Shown in pieces: positions 1 to 6,965 of a DNA stretch of 32,000 nt (position 1 is its first letter; every line of letters starts with the position of its first letter). The translations under genes and the position numbers were made by a program. The stretch comes from Pseudodesulfovibrio piezophilus C1TLV30 (GTDB taxonomy: Bacteria; Desulfobacterota; Desulfovibrionia; Desulfovibrionales; Desulfovibrionaceae): positions 2,130,001 to 2,162,000 of the forward strand of contig NC_020409.1 in NCBI RefSeq assembly GCF_000341895.1. The letters run 5' to 3'. The notes beneath the pieces are model-generated. The model was given only the letters and a program-made list of their open reading frames with translations. It made no database searches and had not been told where the DNA came from.

Positions 1-2
1 AA

Positions 3-1769
3 GGCGAAGACCTGCTGGCACGAGTCAGTTCCATCCTGCGCCAGGTCAATCAAAATGAAGTGGAAATGCGCGACTCCGAAACCGATCTCCATCGGGAAAC
101 GGCCAAAATGGTCATGGAAGAATGCTTTTCATCAGTAAGCCAGAAATTCAAGACCATTGAAGGGTTGACCGATTATTTCGAGGCTCTTGTGGAAGAGGTT
201 GTGGAGAATGTCGACCAATTCATGCCAAAGGATTCATCCCTTGCAGGGTTGCTTCCCGAGGGAATGCAGGGGGGAGAAGATTTTTTCAACCGCTTTGAGA
301 TCAATCTCTTCGTAGACAACGGCAAAACAAAGGGCGCGCCGGTGGTCGTGGAGGATCACCCCACGGCTTTCAACCTGCTCGGCTCCATTGAACGCGAAGC
401 TGAAATGGGTGCTTTGTACACGGACTTTTCCTTGATCAAAGCTGGCTCCCTGCACAAGGCCAATGGTGGTTTTCTCATTCTCAACATTGAAGACCTGCTC
501 TCCAATCCCAACTCATGGGAAGGCCTTCTCCGCGCCCTGCGTTCAGGACAATCTCGTATTGAGGACCCGGTGGACCCGGACCAGGTACGTGCCCGGACTC
601 TTCAGCCCGCGCCCGTCAATCTGGATATCAAGATCATCCTCATCGGCACAGACGAACACTATGAGATGCTTCTCTACAACGATGATCGTTTCGACAAATA
701 TTTCAAACTTAAGGCGCACCTTCAGCACGCCGCACCACGCACGGCTGCCAATATCAAGAGCTACCTATACGTCATAGGGCAAACGGCTCGCGAAGCCAAA
801 ACCCTGCCATTTACCCGTGAAGCCTTGGCCGGTCTGGTGGATTTCGCTTCCCGCCTGGTTGAAGACCAGAAGCGGATTTCACTCTATGTCCCCCTGATTC
901 GCGAACGTATGATCGAAGCGTCTGCCATGGCCCGTATGGCTGGCAAAAACACTGTCGGCCTGCCTGAATTGGCCGATGCCGTTTATGCCAAGGACTATCG
1001 TGTCAATCTCTACGAAGAAGAGTTCATGACCGACTATGACCGGCAGGTCATCAAGGTGGAAACCTCGGGCGAAGCTGTGGGACGCGCAAACGGTCTGTCC
1101 GTCACTCAATTCGGCGACTATGAATTCGGTTTGCCACATCAGATTTCCTGCACAGTGGGTGTCGGACACGGCGGCATTCTTGATTTGGAACGCGAAGCGC
1201 AGATGGGTGGCCCGATCCATACCAAAGGCATGATGATCATCAAATCCTATCTGGTACGTCTGTTCGCCCAAGACAAACCCATCGTCCTCACCGGCTCACT
1301 CTGCTTCGAACAATCCTACGGCGGCATTGACGGAGACTCCGCATCAGGAGCGGAGTTGGCATCCCTCCTCTCGGCGTTGTCAGGTGTGCCGATCAACCTT
1401 TCCTATGCCTTTACCGGAGCAGTTTCCCAATCCGGTGCAGTCATGGCCGTCGGCGGTGTCAACCGTAAAATCGAAGGGTTTTTCGAAGTCTGCCGTCGCA
1501 GGAAACTCACAGGAAATCAGGGAGTGATTCTCCCTGCCGACAACGTGGTCAATCTAATGCTCAAGGATGAGGTGGTCCAGGCTGTTGCCGAAGGGAAATT
1601 CACCATATTCCCGGTCAAGACCATTGAGGAAGCAATGCTTATCCTCACAGGCATGCGATGCGGAAAACCAAATAGACACGGAAAATATCCTACAAACTCT
1701 CTCTATCATAGAGTCAACCGCAGGCTCGCCGAACTGGGTACGCTTGCAGCACCAGGCAAAGAAGCATAA
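3..1769 (+). CDS. Lon-like serine protease (COG1067 / LonB-LonC-like), C-terminal ~588 aa; 5' end lies upstream of the window
   Basis: The reading frame is open from nt 3 through the listed GTG at 60 to the stop at 1767-1769, so the true N-terminus (and any Walker A) is off-window. The translation has a Walker-B-like GGFLILNIEDLL. It also has a C-terminal Lon proteolytic domain with Ser in GGIDGDSASGAELASLLSA and Lys in AVGGVNRKIEGFF (Ser-Lys dyad). Confidence 0.8.
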   Translation, partial: GEDLLARVSSILRQVNQNEVEMRDSETDLHRETAKMVMEECFSSVSQKFKTIEGLTDYFEALVEEVVENVDQFMPKDSSLAGLLPEGMQGGEDFFNRFEINLFVDNGKTKGAPVVVEDHPTAFNLLGSIEREAEMGALYTDFSLIKAGSLHKANGGFLILNIEDLLSNPNSWEGLLRALRSGQSRIEDPVDPDQVRARTLQPAPVNLDIKIILIGTDEHYEMLLYNDDRFDKYFKLKAHLQHAAPRTAANIKSYLYVIGQTAREAKTLPFTREALAGLVDFASRLVEDQKRISLYVPLIRERMIEASAMARMAGKNTVGLPELADAVYAKDYRVNLYEEEFMTDYDRQVIKVETSGEAVGRANGLSVTQFGDYEFGLPHQISCTVGVGHGGILDLEREAQMGGPIHTKGMMIIKSYLVRLFAQDKPIVLTGSLCFEQSYGGIDGDSASGAELASLLSALSGVPINLSYAFTGAVSQSGAVMAVGGVNRKIEGFFEVCRRRKLTGNQGVILPADNVVNLMLKDEVVQAVAEGKFTIFPVKTIEEAMLILTGMRCGKPNRHGKYPTNSLYHRVNRRLAELGTLAAPGKEA

Positions 1770-1785
1770 ACCGTCCTTTCCCGTC

Positions 1786-1832
1786 CAAGACAATACGGCC
1801 TCGCATCCTGGATGTGAGGCCGTATTGTCTTG
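1786..1832. terminator. 47-nt near-perfect palindrome (about 21-23 bp stem) between convergent genes; possible bidirectional terminator or RNA-stabilising stem-loop
   Basis: Left arm CAAGACAATACGGCCTCGCATCC (1786-1808) pairs with right arm GGATGTGAGGCCGTATTGTCTTG (1810-1832) with a single G-U position. No U-tract follows on either strand. The symmetry is visible in the ORF track, where both strands translate to ...QDNTASHPGCEAVLS.... Confidence 0.5.
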
Positions 1833-1872
1833 ATAAACCGTTCTATCACGCTGTCCAAGGAATCCCAAAACC

Positions 1873-2901
1873 CTACCCTTCCATCATGATTTTCCTGATT
1901 TTATCCGCAAAATCCTGACTTCCTGCCCCTTTGGGAACAAGCTCAATCTGTGCGGCGCTTGCAATGCCGATCCCCAACTCCGCAGCTCGCCGAATCTGCT
2001 CCTGCTCAAAAATTTTCCCGCGAGAAACCGCCGGGGTCGTTCCATACAGCCGCAGGATTGCCACACCTACCGCATCCACGGCCACCGGGTCTGTCCCTGC
2101 CACAATGACGCCGGGAGCAACTTCACGCCCAGTATGCGGTCCCCCGGTGACAAATGCCTTTGTACCATCCATAATGATAATATCACTGTGAAAAGCCTGA
2201 CTGATCTCGGCAACAAGAGTTCGCTGCTTCGGAGACCCGTGCAATTCCTGCATATAGTTGTAACCATCCGCCGGATCATATTTGGCAATGGCCCCCACAC
2301 CGTTTTTGAGCGACATGGTAAAATCACCACCGAACTGATGGGTCTTCAGGCAACATATCTGGACGACCTTGTCCGCCCAGGAAAAAGGAAGGGCAAGCAA
2401 AAAGCCCCGCCGCCAATGACTGGCCTCCGGTTGAAACTGAATATAGTCAGCTTCTTTCAACGTCTCCATGACCACGACTTCAACACCGTGTTCCTCGCAT
2501 ATCCTGAAAACACCGAGGTCTTCCAAAACGGCCCGAGTCGTCCCCATGCCGCTCCGCTCTGCCAACACAATGGGACCGCAACTGGCATTTCCCAATACTT
2601 CCAGCACCGTCTGCAATGCCTCGGGATGGGTTGAGGCTGGAAACGGGTCACTGCTGTTATAGTTCGCCTTGAGAGCGATTTTTTTCCCTGCGTAGGAGGA
2701 GAGGTCGAACTCGGCCATGGCCTGTTCTATCCCCTGCCTGCGGTTTTCCGTCTTGATGAGAACAACGCGAGATTTCTTCACCTTTGCCTCGCTTTGCACG
2801 GGAAATCCGACACCGGAAAGCAGACCGCTGCCAAGTATACAAAGAATCCGCAAACACCGTCGTCTTCCCATGATCCCATATAAGAACTCCCGAGATGTCA
2901 T
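1873..2901 (-). CDS. DUF362-family protein with an N-terminal twin-arginine-like export signal
   Basis: 361-aa ORF. I prefer the internal ATG at 2899-2901 because GGAGGTGG lies 7 nt upstream on the minus strand. The N-terminus MTSREFLYGIMGRRRCLRILCILGSGLLSGVGFPVQSEA looks like a signal peptide with an RRR motif. The body (VVLIKT..., IALKANYNS, CLKTHQFGG, IIIMDG, GTDPVAVDAVG) matches my recollection of DUF362. Confidence 0.6.
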   Translation of the reverse strand: MTSREFLYGIMGRRRCLRILCILGSGLLSGVGFPVQSEAKVKKSRVVLIKTENRRQGIEQAMAEFDLSSYAGKKIALKANYNSSDPFPASTHPEALQTVLEVLGNASCGPIVLAERSGMGTTRAVLEDLGVFRICEEHGVEVVVMETLKEADYIQFQPEASHWRRGFLLALPFSWADKVVQICCLKTHQFGGDFTMSLKNGVGAIAKYDPADGYNYMQELHGSPKQRTLVAEISQAFHSDIIIMDGTKAFVTGGPHTGREVAPGVIVAGTDPVAVDAVGVAILRLYGTTPAVSRGKIFEQEQIRRAAELGIGIASAAQIELVPKGAGSQDFADKIRKIMMEG

Positions 2902-3042
2902 AATTCCACCTCCACATCCCCTTATTAACGGTCCCCCCGACTTCCTGTAAAGACGCACCAGGTTATAAATGGCTTCCCTGTTCCCAAACCGCCTCTCTTT
3001 TTGTTAGGAAAGGGCGATAAACATCATAACCCACGGTTGAAC

Positions 3043-4167
3043 ATGAAAATAGTCGTCATCGGCGGATATGCTCCGTCGCTCATAAATTTCCGAGGTCCAC
3101 TGCTGAAACGGCTTGTCTCATTGGGGCATACGGTCCACGCTCTGGCCCCTTTTCACATGCCCGATGTCACTCCACAGCTCGATGCCATGGGAGTGGAGTA
3201 CTCCATGATCCCCCTTGACCGTCGCGGGTTCAACCCATTCTCTGACCTTGGCTCCCTGCTCCATCTCAAGCAGGTCCTCTACCGCATCAAGCCGGACATG
3301 GTTCTCTCGTATACTTTCAAGCCCATTGTCTACGGCTCCCTCGCAGCTCGCATGGCCTGGGTCGGACACCCCAAAAAGGTCTTCGCCATGGTCACGGGAC
3401 TGGGTTACGCCTTCACCGAGGACAGTGGTCTGAAACGGCGTGTGCTGTTCAACATAGCCAAGGGGATGTATCGCTCCGGTTTGCGCTCATGCGATGGAGT
3501 CATCTTTCAAAACCCTGATGATGAAACCTTTTTCCACAAGCTCAAAGTCCTGCCGAGCCATGCCGCCACCACAGTCGTGGGCGGATCCGGGGTGGACCTT
3601 GAGGAATATGCACCAGCTCCTCTCCCTGAAACCCCACACTTCCTCTGCCTCTCCCGACTCCTCGGGACAAAAGGGATTCGAGAATATGCTCGCGCCGCCA
3701 TACGCCTGAAAACACGTCACCCGGAGGCCACATTCCGTTTGGTCGGGCCTCAGGAAGAAGGAGCGGATACCATTCCGCCAGCCGAAATCGAAACATGGCG
3801 TCAGCAGGGCATGGAAATCTGTCCGGGGGTGGAAGACGTCCGGCCGGAAATAGCCAACGCCTCAACATATGTGCTCGCCAGCTATTACCGGGAAGGAACC
3901 CCCCGCTCGATACTGGAAGCCATGAGTATGGGCCGCCCGATCATCACCACCAAGACTCCGGGCTGTCGCGAAACCGTTCTTGAAGGGAAAAACGGATTTC
4001 TGGTGCCGCCAAAAGATGATGAAGCATTGGGTCAGGCCATGGAACGTTTCATAACAGACCCCGCGCTGTGCGGTCCCATGGGGGCGGCGAGCCGTGCCTT
4101 GGCCGAAAAAAAATACGACGTGAATCTGGTCAACGACTCCATATTATCCTTCATGGGCCTGCTATGA
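3043..4167 (+). CDS. GT-B fold glycosyltransferase, GT4 family (PglA/WbuB-like)
   Basis: Start chosen at ATG 3043 (MKIVVIGGYAPSL...), a typical GT4 N-terminus. The C-terminal E-x7-E region is EGTPRSILEAMSMGRPIITTKTPGCRETVLEGKNGFLV. The stop TGA 4165-4167 overlaps the next gene's ATG. Confidence 0.8.
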   Translation: MKIVVIGGYAPSLINFRGPLLKRLVSLGHTVHALAPFHMPDVTPQLDAMGVEYSMIPLDRRGFNPFSDLGSLLHLKQVLYRIKPDMVLSYTFKPIVYGSLAARMAWVGHPKKVFAMVTGLGYAFTEDSGLKRRVLFNIAKGMYRSGLRSCDGVIFQNPDDETFFHKLKVLPSHAATTVVGGSGVDLEEYAPAPLPETPHFLCLSRLLGTKGIREYARAAIRLKTRHPEATFRLVGPQEEGADTIPPAEIETWRQQGMEICPGVEDVRPEIANASTYVLASYYREGTPRSILEAMSMGRPIITTKTPGCRETVLEGKNGFLVPPKDDEALGQAMERFITDPALCGPMGAASRALAEKKYDVNLVNDSILSFMGLL

Positions 4168-4781
4168 AACGATGCCTTGATCTCGGAATCACCCTCCTCG
4201 CCCTGATCATATTCTGGCCGTTCATGGTATTGGTTGCGCTGCTGGTCCGCATCCGGCTCGGCAGTCCGGTGTTCTTTCGTCAGATACGTCCGGGACGCCA
4301 CGGCAAGCCTTTCGAAATCATCAAGTTTCGCACCATGCGCGATCTTTCCGGTCCGGACGGTGTTCCGTTGCCTGATTGTGACAGGTTAACCCCCTTCGGG
4401 CGATTCCTGCGCTCTACATCGCTTGATGAATTACCGGAGCTTCTCAATGTGCTCAGGGGGGAGATGTCCCTTGTCGGACCACGCCCCCTGCTCATGCATT
4501 ACCTGGACCGGTACACCCCGTTCCAGGCCCGTCGGCACGAAGTTCGCCCGGGCATTACCGGGTGGGCACAGATCAACGGACGCAATGCCCTCTCATGGGA
4601 ACAAAAATTTGAATATGATGTCTGGTACATAGACCACCAATCAGTTACACTGGATATCAAGATCATTTGGTTGACCATCGGCTCTGTTTTCAAAAGAGAG
4701 GACGTCTGCCAGCCCGGACACGCCACCATGGAAGAATTCATGGGCACCGATGCTCCGGGAAAAAAGGAGGAAAGCTCATGA
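4164..4781 (+). CDS. small monotopic phosphoglycosyl transferase ('bacterial sugar transferase', PglC / WbaP-C-terminal type)
   Basis: ATG at 4164 gives MKRCLDLGITLLALIIFWPFMVLVALLV (re-entrant helix). It is followed by SPVFFRQIRPG, FKFRTM, SLDELPELLNVLRGEMSLVGPRP and PGITGWAQINGRN, hallmark motifs of PF02397-type enzymes. ATGA overlaps occur at both ends (4164-4167 and 4778-4781). Confidence 0.85.
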   Translation: MKRCLDLGITLLALIIFWPFMVLVALLVRIRLGSPVFFRQIRPGRHGKPFEIIKFRTMRDLSGPDGVPLPDCDRLTPFGRFLRSTSLDELPELLNVLRGEMSLVGPRPLLMHYLDRYTPFQARRHEVRPGITGWAQINGRNALSWEQKFEYDVWYIDHQSVTLDIKIIWLTIGSVFKREDVCQPGHATMEEFMGTDAPGKKEESS

Positions 4782-5200
4782 ACATCTCCAGAATCCTTGT
4801 TCCCGTTGACGGTTCCAAGCACTCTGACTCGGCCGTGACCATGGCCATCAGTCTGGCCAAGGACAAGAATGCCTCCATCGTTCTGCTGCATATCCGAAGG
4901 CCGGTCCCCGTGGGACTTGGAAAACCCAATGCGGATGACCTGCTTGACTACCTGACCCAGGGGGCAGAGACCCTCATGGAACAATACCGTACCCAACTTG
5001 ATGCCGACGGCATCGACTTCGTGGACCTGATCATCGGCGGAGAAGTTGCGGAAGTCGTTGACAATGTAGCCAAAGTTGAAAAATGCGACCTCATTGTCAT
5101 GGGGTCCAAGGGCAAGTCCGACCTTGAAGGTCTGATTGTCGGCTCAACGACCCACAAGGTGCTCCACACTACTCCTCTCCCTGTTCTGGTCGTCAAGTAG
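4778..5200 (+). CDS. universal stress protein (UspA family, single domain)
   Basis: ATG 4778 is preceded by AAGGAGG (4764-4770). The translation MNISRILVPVDGSKHSDSAV...DLIVMGSKGKSDLEGLIVGSTTHKVLHTTPLPVLVVK contains the G-x2-G-x9-G-S/T ATP-binding motif. Confidence 0.85.
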   Translation: MNISRILVPVDGSKHSDSAVTMAISLAKDKNASIVLLHIRRPVPVGLGKPNADDLLDYLTQGAETLMEQYRTQLDADGIDFVDLIIGGEVAEVVDNVAKVEKCDLIVMGSKGKSDLEGLIVGSTTHKVLHTTPLPVLVVK

Positions 5201-5207
5201 CTCACCG

Positions 5208-5240
5208 GCGGGGTTTCACGCATGATTCCCCGCTTTTCTG
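5208..5240 (+). terminator. candidate rho-independent terminator of the GT4-PGT-USP operon
   Basis: GCGGGG (5208-5213) and CCCCGC (5228-5233) form a stem with a 14-nt loop, followed by TTTTCTG. Confidence 0.5.
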
Positions 5241-5430
5241 CCAGGTCCGTCCGGCACCTCCAGACTACCCTCCAAGGCTTTTCCCTACTGTGAAAGCCAG
5301 GGGACATTGTTTTCGTGACAGGCTCTCGAGGATGACACACCACCACTTTCATATCTTTCGGGTCGTTTCTCTTGTGAGCTTCATGTCAATACGTGTACAT
5401 TCTTTCTGTTTCCATTTATGAAAGAACGGT

Positions 5431-5450
5431 GTCACGACCGACCGCGTGAC
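5431..5450 (+). promoter_or_regulatory. inverted repeat GTCACG-N8-CGTGAC in the glnA leader (possible operator or 5'-UTR hairpin)
   Basis: Perfect 6-bp arms at 5431-5436 and 5445-5450, about 42 nt upstream of the glnA ATG. Its function is unknown. Confidence 0.25.
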
Positions 5451-5491
5451 TTCTCTTGCCGAAAACCCCTAATTTTATTTGGAGGAAAGAT

Positions 5492-6835
5492 ATGAGCATT
5501 CCGGTATTCAACTGCAAGAACGCCGATGATGTGATGAAAGCCGTCAAAGACTACGATGTCAGCTTCATCCAGTACTGGTTCCTGGATATCCTCGGGACCC
5601 TGAAAAGCTTCCAGATTACCCCGAACGAACTTGAGGCATCCTTCGAGGAAGGCATGGGATTTGATGGGTCTTCCATTCTCGGCTTCTGCCGAATCGATGA
5701 ATCCGATATGGTTGCCATGCCCGACCCGACCACATTTCAGATATGTTCCTGGCGACCCAGCGAAAAACCAGTGGCACGCATGTTCTGCGATGTCGTCAAC
5801 CCCGACGGTTCGCCGTTCGAGGCCGATTCCCGTTTCGTCCTGAAAAAGGTCATGGGACAGGCTGCCGAAAAAGGCTATACTTTCTATGTCGGCCCCGAGC
5901 TTGAATTTTTCCTGTTTGCCGATGATCAGGACACCGAAATTCTCGACGCAGGCGGTTACTTCGACGCACCACCTCTTGATTTGGGCAACAATATCCGACG
6001 CGACATTATCTTCGCCCTGGATGCCATGGGCATTCAGGTGGAATACTCCCACCACGAAGTTGCGCCGTCTCAACACGAAATCGACCTGCGCTATCAGGAA
6101 GGCATGAAAATGGCCGACACAGCCATGACATACCGTGTCGTGGTCAAGGAGACTGCTCGGAAACACGGCTGTTATGCGACCTTCATGCCCAAGCCCATTT
6201 TCGGTGAAAACGGGTCCGGCATGCATGTGCATCAATCCCTGTTCAAGAACGGCAAAAACGTCTTTTATGACGCTTCTGACGAGTACCACCTCTCTGCCGA
6301 AGGCAAATCCTACATAGCGGGAATACTGAAACACGCCCCCGAGTTCGTGGCCGTGACCAACCAGTGGGTCAATTCCTACAAACGCCTCGTCCCCGGTTAT
6401 GAAGCCCCTGTGTATATTGCCTGGGCCAGACGCAACCGCTCTGCCCTGGTCCGCGTCCCCATGTACAAACCAGGCAAGGAAGCAGCCACTCGCATGGAAT
6501 TGCGTTGCCCGGACCCGGCTGCCAACCCCTATCTCTGCTTCGCAGTCCAGCTTGCAGCCGGTCTCAGGGGAATGGAAGAAAACTACAAGCTGGCAGACCC
6601 GGTTGAAGACGACATCTTCGCCATGAATGATCGCCAGCTCAAACGAAACAGGATTAAGGCTTTGCCGGGATCTCTGCATGAAGCGGCCATGAACCTGAAA
6701 AAATCCGACTTCATGAAGGAAGTTCTCGGAGAGCACCTGCATACGGCTCTGGTGGAAAACAAGATTGCCGAGTGGGATGAATACCGCACACAGGTCACGG
6801 AGTATGAACTGGACAAGTATCTGCCTATTCTCTAA
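5492..6835 (+). CDS. glnA: glutamine synthetase, type I (short GSI-alpha form, ~447 aa)
   Basis: ATG 5492 is preceded by GGAGG (5481-5485). Motifs include FDGSS, EVAPSQHEI, FMPKPIFGENGSGMHVHQS, NSYKRLVPGYEAP and ALVRVP....RMELRCPD. The region equivalent to the enterobacterial adenylylation site reads DDIFAMND (no Tyr). Confidence 0.95.
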   Translation: MSIPVFNCKNADDVMKAVKDYDVSFIQYWFLDILGTLKSFQITPNELEASFEEGMGFDGSSILGFCRIDESDMVAMPDPTTFQICSWRPSEKPVARMFCDVVNPDGSPFEADSRFVLKKVMGQAAEKGYTFYVGPELEFFLFADDQDTEILDAGGYFDAPPLDLGNNIRRDIIFALDAMGIQVEYSHHEVAPSQHEIDLRYQEGMKMADTAMTYRVVVKETARKHGCYATFMPKPIFGENGSGMHVHQSLFKNGKNVFYDASDEYHLSAEGKSYIAGILKHAPEFVAVTNQWVNSYKRLVPGYEAPVYIAWARRNRSALVRVPMYKPGKEAATRMELRCPDPAANPYLCFAVQLAAGLRGMEENYKLADPVEDDIFAMNDRQLKRNRIKALPGSLHEAAMNLKKSDFMKEVLGEHLHTALVENKIAEWDEYRTQVTEYELDKYLPIL

Positions 6836-6860
6836 CCAGCCGAATCAATAATTGGAAAGA

Positions 6861-6893
6861 CCCTCGAGAACATCAATTCTCGGGGGTATTTCC
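6861..6893. terminator. candidate stem-loop terminator between convergent glnA and the helicase gene
   Basis: CCCTCGAGAA (6861-6870) pairs with TTCTCGGGGG (6877-6886) as 10 bp with one G-U, loop CATCAA, followed by a weak TATTTCC. Confidence 0.4.
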
Positions 6894-6965
6894 ATGTCTG
6901 AAGAATCAAAAACAAGCGCAATCAAGGCCACAGGCCAGACGAACATTCTGCAAAGAAAACCCTGG

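Noticed and set aside
3-1769. Lon-like protease as BrxL of a BREX defence system
   Set aside because: The visible neighbours (DUF362, glycosyltransferases) are not BREX components, and no PglX methyltransferase, PglZ or BrxC is present within the window. The upstream side is not visible, so this is rejected only on present evidence.
5432-6742. 436-aa ORF antisense to glnA
   Set aside because: It occupies exactly the same codon triplets as glnA on the opposite strand (both frames start at coordinates congruent to 2 mod 3). Stops can arise there only from sense TTA/CTA/TCA codons, which this genome's codon usage avoids. The translation has no recognisable motifs, whereas the sense frame is an unmistakable glutamine synthetase. 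It is a shadow ORF.
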